Sequence record: SRR20825006_870
Reading direction: 5' to 3' (one strand)
DNA: 64,000 bases
This document shows positions 58,031-64,000 of this stretch, piece by piece. Both the position numbers and the translations under genes were made by a program. The notes under the pieces were generated by a model. It saw only the letters and a program-made list of their open reading frames with translations, was not told the DNA's origin and did not search any database. Position 1 is the first letter of the stretch; every line of letters starts with the position of its first letter.

Positions 58031-58981
58031 ATGCTGATACAACCAGAAACACGCATACAACATGCGGTGAACGATGCGTTTCAACCGCTCGCGCTGGATA
58101 TTTTTGGCTCATTGGTGGTGGGGTTTAACGACGCCGAGCCGCAAAGTGCTGAGCTGCACACGGCAAACTTTGGCGCTTGCCGATTGTCGCACATCACGGC
58201 AAGTGCCCATTCGGTTGATGGCGCGCGCGCGGTGCGTCGTTCGTTCGACCCGGACGCCATTAAGCTGATTTTGCAAAATGAGGGCCATTCACGCCTGAAA
58301 CAAGCAAATGTTGAACTGGAGTTGGTACCCGGCAGCTGGGTGGCCTATGATCCAACCAAATCCTATAGCTTGGATAACCTATCGCCCGTGAAGCAATTGA
58401 TCCTTCAATTGCCGCGCCATAATATTCCAGCCGCCGCATTGCAGCAATTGATGCGCCCCAACAAGCTGGATATTGCCGAACGGAGCTTGCACAAAATTTT
58501 GTACACCATGATGTCTTCAGCATTGGACCAAGTGGATGGATTAGATGCCGAAGGGCAATCTGGTGTAGGCGATGCGCTGCTCCATTTGGCCAAAACATTG
58601 GTGCTGCGCATCGATCCAGAGGATTTGGAGCGCTCTGCCGTTTCCCTCAAAACCCTGCGCATGCGGGTTAAAGCCTATATCGAAACCAATCTGTCACGAT
58701 CAGATTTGGACATTGCCGAACTGGCACAAAAAATGGGGTGTTCGCGCCGCTATTTGTTCCGCGCTTTCGAGCAAGACGAAACCACCCCATCAGAATTTTT
58801 GTGGGGGCTTCGGCTGGATAAATCTTTGGAACGTTTGTCTTCGCCCAAATTTGCAGGAGCATCAATTTCGGAGATCGCGTTCTCTTGCGGCTTTTCATCA
58901 AGTTCGCACTTTTCACGCGCCTTCAGAAAACGCTTTGATATTTCACCAAGCGAAGCGCGGCATGCCAAAACGTTGAATTAA
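58031..58981 (+). CDS. AraC family transcriptional activator, FeaR-like
   Basis: N-terminal ligand domain (KLILQ..G.....Q......L.PG....YD...Y), C-terminal double HTH (SRRYL.R.F, ISEIAFSCGFSSSSHFSRAFR). Confidence 0.88.
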   Translation: MLIQPETRIQHAVNDAFQPLALDIFGSLVVGFNDAEPQSAELHTANFGACRLSHITASAHSVDGARAVRRSFDPDAIKLILQNEGHSRLKQANVELELVPGSWVAYDPTKSYSLDNLSPVKQLILQLPRHNIPAAALQQLMRPNKLDIAERSLHKILYTMMSSALDQVDGLDAEGQSGVGDALLHLAKTLVLRIDPEDLERSAVSLKTLRMRVKAYIETNLSRSDLDIAELAQKMGCSRRYLFRAFEQDETTPSEFLWGLRLDKSLERLSSPKFAGASISEIAFSCGFSSSSHFSRAFRKRFDISPSEARHAKTLN

Positions 58982-59003
58982 AAAAGGGGCCAATTGGCCC
59001 CTT
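58981..59003. terminator. Terminator between convergent genes
   Basis: AAA-AAGGGGCC-AATT-GGCCCCTT. Confidence 0.72.
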
Positions 59004-59025
59004 AATTCTTGGTCTATGATTGCCC

Positions 59026-59418
59026 CTAAGGCTTTAAAGCATCTGCCACCAATTTTGTGTCGGCAAACTGTTCAAACTTGACCACTTTGCCGTCCTCAAC
59101 TTCCCACACATGGGTGACACGCGCTTCAAAGCTTTTGCCTGTTGATTTGGCCGTGGCTGCATAAAGACCGACACCCACGACATGGGAACCAGCGTCTAGC
59201 AATTGGTTGAGGGTGAAGGTGAAATTATCGAACAGATCGCCAAGGGCGAAGAACACGTTCTTCTTCACTTCCTCCGGCCCAATATAGGTGCCAGCGCACG
59301 GAAAACCCGCAGCTTCAGTCCAGGCACAATCATCGGCAAGTGGGGCCAGCATGCCCTCCAGATCACCCCGATCACTGGCGGCATAATGGGCTTTTACAAT
59401 CTCATAAGCTTCAGACAT
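59026..59418 (-). CDS. Nuclear transport factor 2 / SnoaL-like protein
   Basis: Y.A..RGD, W.EA.GFP..GTY.G, TGKSF.A...HVW...DGK...FEQ..DT. Confidence 0.88.
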   Translation of the reverse strand: MSEAYEIVKAHYAASDRGDLEGMLAPLADDCAWTEAAGFPCAGTYIGPEEVKKNVFFALGDLFDNFTFTLNQLLDAGSHVVGVGLYAATAKSTGKSFEARVTHVWEVEDGKVVKFEQFADTKLVADALKP

Positions 59419-59427
59419 TAGGTCTCC

Positions 59428-60216
59428 TTAAACCGGCTCTTGGCCCGGCAGATAGTAGGTCATGGATGCTTTGCGGATGAATGCGCCGGCCGGGTTGTTG
59501 GCAATGGAGCCGTCGCCCTCAATGCCCAAAAATTTGCCGGTAGAGCGCATTTCATTAAAGTCGTGGAAGAAGGTGGAGGCCACCGGGATCAAATATTCCC
59601 GGAAGGTGAAAATATATTGGCCTTCATCAAACTTATAAGTGGTCGCCAAATCCACATCCCCATGGCCACGCTGCACGCCCACCAAATTCTGCCACGCATA
59701 GCGCGTGGACGAGAGATAGGTGTGTTCATACACATGGTTGGGGCTATAGGTGTAATGCGCCCGCAAGCCGATCAAATCGCGCGTTTCTGCGGGCTCTGGT
59801 CCGCTAATCTCTACGCCATCCAATGTGCCGGGGCGGAAAATCTGTTCCACCTGTGGGTCGCCCGCTGCTTCTTCAACACTGCGAATATGCGCGTAGATGG
59901 AGAGCACACGACCTGTGCTTACATTGATGATCACCGTGTCCGCATCTTTGGGGCGATCTGCAAAGACCATATCGACAAAATAGGTGTTGGGCGCCAAATT
60001 GATGACCTCACACCAATCGCTGCCGCTTTGGCCATTTTCTTGCCAATCCACCTTGTCTTTTGCGGTGAATTTTAGGGCCAGTTTGCGCCCATCATTAAAG
60101 CTGATGGCAAAATCCTTGCCGATCAACTCGTCGGTTGTGGGCAGGCGATTATGATCAATGCCAGCGGCAAAATCATCGTAATTCTTCCAGTCTGCGGGTC
60201 TCGCTTGTTCGCTCAT
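59428..60216 (-). CDS. moaF: MoaF family protein (related to the Klebsiella monoamine-regulon MoaF)
   Basis: T.DLIG.R..Y.YSP..VYEH.YL....YAWQ.L.G..RG..DVD, Y.F.FRE..IP signature; downstream of an SDR as in moaEF. Confidence 0.78.
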   Translation of the reverse strand: MSEQARPADWKNYDDFAAGIDHNRLPTTDELIGKDFAISFNDGRKLALKFTAKDKVDWQENGQSGSDWCEVINLAPNTYFVDMVFADRPKDADTVIINVSTGRVLSIYAHIRSVEEAAGDPQVEQIFRPGTLDGVEISGPEPAETRDLIGLRAHYTYSPNHVYEHTYLSSTRYAWQNLVGVQRGHGDVDLATTYKFDEGQYIFTFREYLIPVASTFFHDFNEMRSTGKFLGIEGDGSIANNPAGAFIRKASMTYYLPGQEPV

Positions 60217-60227
60217 TTGTTCCTCCT

Positions 60228-61016
60228 CTATTCAACAAATGCCAATGTGGGCAGATCAACCGTGCCAGCGCCGCCATCGACGGTGACGATGGCGCCATTC
60301 ATCATCGACGCCTCCGCACTGGCCAAAAAGCAGATCACATTGGAGATTTCTTCCGGTGTGGCCGCGCGCCCCAAAGGCACGTCTTTCGTGACCAGTTGAT
60401 AGGCCTCATCCACTGAGTTCAGCCCGTGCTTTTCAATCAGCACTTGCATTTGATCGTCAGCCATGGCGGTGCGCACCCAACCGGGGCATACCGTGTTGGT
60501 GCGGACGCCCTTGCGGCCATAATCGCGCGCCAGCGATTTCGCTAGACCAATCAAACCATGCTTCATGGTCACATAGCCCGCCGCATCCGGCCCGGCAAAC
60601 AGCCCAGCAATGGAGGCCACAGCCACAATGTTGCCTTTGGCTTCAATCAGGGCGGGCAGAGCAGCGCGGGCCGTTACAAACGCCGTGTCTAGATTTGCGC
60701 GGGTGGCGTTCGCCCACGTCTCATCGCTCATGGAGATGGTGGGGCCAACACCATGGCCACCCGCATTGGCGATCAAAATATCCAAATGGCCATATTGTTT
60801 CACAAGGCTCTGGACCACTTGGCCCATCGCGTCTGCGTCCGCTGCATCTGCCGCATAGATATCTGCCTCAATATCAGCAGCCACAGCTTCCAATGGTTCT
60901 TTGCGGCGACCCACCAAAGCCACCTTGCCGCCTTCAGCGGCGATCCGCTTGGCAACCTCGGCCCCAATGCCGGTGCCGCCACCCGTGATCAGCGCAACTT
61001 TATCTTTAAATCTCAT
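60228..61016 (-). CDS. Short-chain dehydrogenase/reductase (in the position of Klebsiella MoaE)
   Basis: TGGGTGIG, ANAG, YVTMK, CPGWVRTAMAD; GAGGAGG RBS supports ATG 61016. Confidence 0.9.
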   Translation of the reverse strand: MRFKDKVALITGGGTGIGAEVAKRIAAEGGKVALVGRRKEPLEAVAADIEADIYAADAADADAMGQVVQSLVKQYGHLDILIANAGGHGVGPTISMSDETWANATRANLDTAFVTARAALPALIEAKGNIVAVASIAGLFAGPDAAGYVTMKHGLIGLAKSLARDYGRKGVRTNTVCPGWVRTAMADDQMQVLIEKHGLNSVDEAYQLVTKDVPLGRAATPEEISNVICFLASAEASMMNGAIVTVDGGAGTVDLPTLAFVE

Positions 61017-61213
61017 CTGTTCCTCCTCGGTCCGATCAGAGCCTAGGTTTGGCGAGATCGCGTGTCGCGCCCCGGTGCGCATTCAAGATTGATCAGGAGT
61101 GCAAAGGCCGCCCTAAGCCGCGTCAACCCCTTGATAGCCGGGGCTTTGACGGGTCAAAAATCAGATTAATCATCGCGCAATCCCAAATGCGCGTACCCTG
61201 AGGAGGAGGAAAA

Positions 61214-62620
61214 ATGAGTTCTTACGGCCTAGTGATCAATGGTGAAAAAATCAGCACGGCAGACTATCTCGATGTCTTAAACCCGGCAGACCAATCAGTG
61301 GTGGGGCAGATGCCCCTTGCCAGCACGGATCAACTTGATGACGCAGTGCGCGCCGCCCAAGCGGCCTTTCTGGCGTGGCGTGATTTGGATGACAAAGAAC
61401 GGCAGAAATTGTGCAATCAATTGGCAGATAAGCTGGAAGCGCACCATGAGGAATTGGCCAAACTGATCACCGCCGAACAGGGCAAGCCACTTGTGCAATT
61501 GGGTTCACGCTTTGAGCTGGATGGCGCCATCGGCTGGAGCCGCGCGACTGCCGCGCTGGACATGCCAATCGAAGTGATTGAAGAAACTCCTGATGGTCGT
61601 GTCGAACTGCACCGCAAACCCATTGGCGTTGTGGGCTCCATTACCCCATGGAACTATCCTGTGATGATCGGGTGCTGGCACATCATCCCGGCCTTGCGGG
61701 CGGGCAACACGGTGGTGATTAAACCGTCGCCGCTCACCCCGCTTTCCACTTTGCGAATGGTCGAACTATTCAATGAAGTTTTGCCCAAAGGCGTTTTGAA
61801 CGCGGTGACGGGCGACGACCAATTGGCTGCTGCCATGTCTGCCCACCCTGGCTTCAACAAAATGGTATTCACCGGCTCAACCGCCACGGGCAAAAAGATC
61901 ATGGCATCGGCGGTGGATAGCTTGAAACGCTTAACGTTGGAACTGGGGGGCAATGATGCTGGGATTGTGCTGCCTGATGCTGACCCGAAACAAGTGGCCG
62001 AAGGCCTGTTTTGGGGCGCGTTCCTGAACAATGGGCAGACCTGTGCGGCGCTTAAACGACTCTATGTCCATGCGAATATTTATGATGCAGTGTGCACCGA
62101 AATGGCGGCCATTGCGCAAAATGTAAAAACCGGACCGGGCATGGAAGAAGACAGTGTGTTCGGCCCCATCCAAAACCGCAATCAATTTGAAAAAGTCAAA
62201 GCTTTGGTGGACGATGCTAAGGCGCGTGGTGCGCGCATTTTAACGGGTGGCGAGCCAATGGCGGGGGAGGGCAATTTTTATCCCATCACGCTGGTGGCGG
62301 ACATTGAGCAAGATGCACGGTTGGTGGATGAAGAACAGTTTGGCCCGGCTCTGCCCATCGTCAAATATCACGATATAGACGAAGCGGTGAAGATGGCCAA
62401 CGCATCTCCCATGGGGCTAGGCGGTTCAGTTTGGTCGAGCGACAAAGCCAAAGCCAAACAAATCGCTAGTCGGCTCGAATGCGGATCTGTCTGGATCAAC
62501 AATCACGGGGCCATTCAACCCAACGCGCCCTTCGGTGGCGTCAAGCAATCGGGCATCGGCCTTGAATTCGGCATGGAAGGCCTCAAAGAGTTCACGGTTA
62601 CCCAAACCGTGTTTGTTTAA
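61214..62620 (+). CDS. NAD-dependent aldehyde dehydrogenase; possibly arylacetaldehyde dehydrogenase (from context)
   Basis: EQGKP, ITPWNYP, FTGSTATG, TLELGGND, NNGQTC, EEQFGP, PFGG.KQSG. Confidence 0.9.
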   Translation: MSSYGLVINGEKISTADYLDVLNPADQSVVGQMPLASTDQLDDAVRAAQAAFLAWRDLDDKERQKLCNQLADKLEAHHEELAKLITAEQGKPLVQLGSRFELDGAIGWSRATAALDMPIEVIEETPDGRVELHRKPIGVVGSITPWNYPVMIGCWHIIPALRAGNTVVIKPSPLTPLSTLRMVELFNEVLPKGVLNAVTGDDQLAAAMSAHPGFNKMVFTGSTATGKKIMASAVDSLKRLTLELGGNDAGIVLPDADPKQVAEGLFWGAFLNNGQTCAALKRLYVHANIYDAVCTEMAAIAQNVKTGPGMEEDSVFGPIQNRNQFEKVKALVDDAKARGARILTGGEPMAGEGNFYPITLVADIEQDARLVDEEQFGPALPIVKYHDIDEAVKMANASPMGLGGSVWSSDKAKAKQIASRLECGSVWINNHGAIQPNAPFGGVKQSGIGLEFGMEGLKEFTVTQTVFV

Positions 62621-62636
62621 GTCTTTTAGGGCGGCG

Positions 62637-63287
62637 CTATGGCGTCGCCTTTTCCGGGGCATGGGGGCCAAAGGCGCAAAGGAAAATGCGCACGGCTTCC
62701 TGTGCCTGCGCTTTCAGCGCAGCCTTGTTGGGGATGCCTTTATCGCCCAACAACATGGCATCATTTGTTGGTGCACCCATCAAAAGCCAATTGAATTGTC
62801 GCGCCGCAACGCTAGCATTTGGTGCGTAAAGCAGGCCTCTCTGATGATAAAATTCTATCGCATGGGCAAGCCGTGCGATGGAGTTTTTCGGGCCATTTTC
62901 ATGCAAGGCTTCACCTAGCTCGGGAAACCGTTCAACCTCGCCAATCACCATGCGGCGTAGCTGCATAAGACGTGGGGTCATCACCACCATCAATTGCTGC
63001 TCAGCGATTTCCAAAAAGAAGTTTTTCACATCATCATTTGTTGGCGGCTCAATTTGATCTTCCCGAAGTTCAGCCGACGCCATGCCCGACATGCTTGTCG
63101 CTAGGGCTTTGAATAGAATTTCTTTGGATTGAAAATTGGCATAAACCGTTTGCTTGGACACGCCGGCCCTATCCGCAATTGCATCCATATTGGTGCCCAA
63201 AAAACCATTTTTCAAAAAGACATATTCCGCCGCTTTTAGGATTTTTTCCTGACTGCGCTTTTTGCGGGTTTGCGCCCCATTGGACAT
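62637..63287 (-). CDS. TetR/AcrR family transcriptional regulator
   Basis: IL.AA..VFL.NGF.GT.MD.IA..AGVSKQTVY..F.SKE; C-terminal LRR.VIGE..RFPELG; start 63287 or 63302. Confidence 0.9.
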   Translation of the reverse strand: MSNGAQTRKKRSQEKILKAAEYVFLKNGFLGTNMDAIADRAGVSKQTVYANFQSKEILFKALATSMSGMASAELREDQIEPPTNDDVKNFFLEIAEQQLMVVMTPRLMQLRRMVIGEVERFPELGEALHENGPKNSIARLAHAIEFYHQRGLLYAPNASVAARQFNWLLMGAPTNDAMLLGDKGIPNKAALKAQAQEAVRIFLCAFGPHAPEKATP

Positions 63288-63339
63288 AAATATGTGCCTC
63301 AAATCACCTCATATGACACCACACTATAAAAGACTCCTC

Positions 63340-63366
63340 TTGACAAATCAAACTGGACGGTCCAGT
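63340..63366 (+). promoter_or_regulatory. TTGACA -35 box and palindromic TetR operator
   Basis: TTGACA 63340-63345; ACTGGAC-G-GTCCAGT palindrome 63352-63366 between the divergent genes. Confidence 0.68.
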
Positions 63367-63398
63367 CTATTTGGCGAGATGGAAATAGGTGAGTAGAG

Positions 63399-63875
63399 AT
63401 GCAAAACCAAATTTTGTCCTGCCAATGTGGCAAGGTGCAGTTGAGCTTGAAGGGCAAGGAAATGGCCAGTGCGGATTGTGGGTGCAGCAGCTGCCAAAAG
63501 GCTGGGGCGAAGATGCAAGCTTTGGATGGCGCACCTACAATTCTGAATTCGCACGGCGCCACGCATTTCGAGCTTTATCGCAAAGATTATATCAATTGCG
63601 AAAAGGGCGCTGAGCATTTGGCGCAGTTCCGTTTGAAAGAAGATAGTCCCACCCGTCGCATCATGGCCACGTGCTGCAACACTCCGATGTTTCTCGATTT
63701 CGGACCGGGCCATTGGGCTAGTGTTTACGGCATTTTGTGGCCAGCCGGTACCGTAACGTCAAAGCGTGCTAAATCATTTTCGGCTGGTTTTATGGCCAAG
63801 CTATTGTGGGCGTGGGCAAAGATGGGCTTCAAATCGCCTAAGATCACATTTGTCGATCGACAAATTGAACTTTAA
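63399..63875 (+). CDS. GFA / Mss4-like zinc-binding protein
   Basis: CQCGKV, CGCSSC, R..A.CCNTPMF cysteine pattern. Confidence 0.75.
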   Translation: MQNQILSCQCGKVQLSLKGKEMASADCGCSSCQKAGAKMQALDGAPTILNSHGATHFELYRKDYINCEKGAEHLAQFRLKEDSPTRRIMATCCNTPMFLDFGPGHWASVYGILWPAGTVTSKRAKSFSAGFMAKLLWAWAKMGFKSPKITFVDRQIEL

Positions 63876-63987
63876 GGGCACCAATTGCATGCGTAAAACC
63901 CACTTTTGCGTGTAAAAATCGCCTATTGCATTGTTTTGCCTTAACTTCTCCCTTAGCTTTATCGAGATTTATATGGGGAGGAAGCCA

Positions 63988-64000
63988 ATGAGCGGTACGG
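63988..64000 (+). CDS. Probable 5' end of a gene running off the window
   Basis: GGGGAGGA RBS followed by ATG AGC GGT ACG; product cannot be called. Confidence 0.4.

Noticed and set aside
59428-60216. Molybdenum cofactor biosynthesis gene
   Set aside because: The MoaF name comes from a monoamine regulon; no Moco genes in the window
1-64000. CRISPR array, tRNA/rRNA genes, integrase, transposase or prophage
   Set aside because: No regularly spaced repeats, RNA gene signatures or mobile-element proteins recognised; intergenic gaps are short. A covariance-model search was not run

Overview
Window of an alphaproteobacterial chromosome (inferred from EcfG-type promoters, REP-like palindromes and gene content), about 60 genes. 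Left to right: (1) REP-like palindromes and a defence pair, a type IIG RM enzyme coupled to Mrr, with an AT-rich specificity segment; (2) three small stress genes on back-to-back EcfG promoters; (3) a 13-kb 5-methylthioribose/5-deoxyribose locus: aldolase-SDR fusion, SorC regulator, mtnK-mtnA, sugar ABC transporter, mutarotase, an atypical split transketolase and a RuBisCO-like protein, tied together by a shared operator; (4) bioYMN with DUF1284, acyl-CoA ligase, an atypical thiolase and MaoC; (5) an orphan catabolic block with five copies of a TTCTACA-N2-TGTAGAA palindrome, two His-less aldo-keto reductases and a degenerate methyltransferase; (6) a 23-kb candidate aromatic-amine catabolic region: amidohydrolase, COG0523 chaperone, ABC transporter, class III aminotransferase, SDRs, a complete homoprotocatechuate meta-cleavage operon, a FeaR-like AraC regulator, MoaF and an aldehyde dehydrogenase, linked by repeated putative HpaR and AraC boxes; (7) a TetR/GFA pair. 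The best candidates for undescribed systems are the RLP + atypical transketolase branch of (3) and the amine-to-homoprotocatechuate regulon of (6). No rRNA, tRNA, CRISPR array, integrase or transposase was recognised. All calls come from reading motifs by eye; no database search was run.
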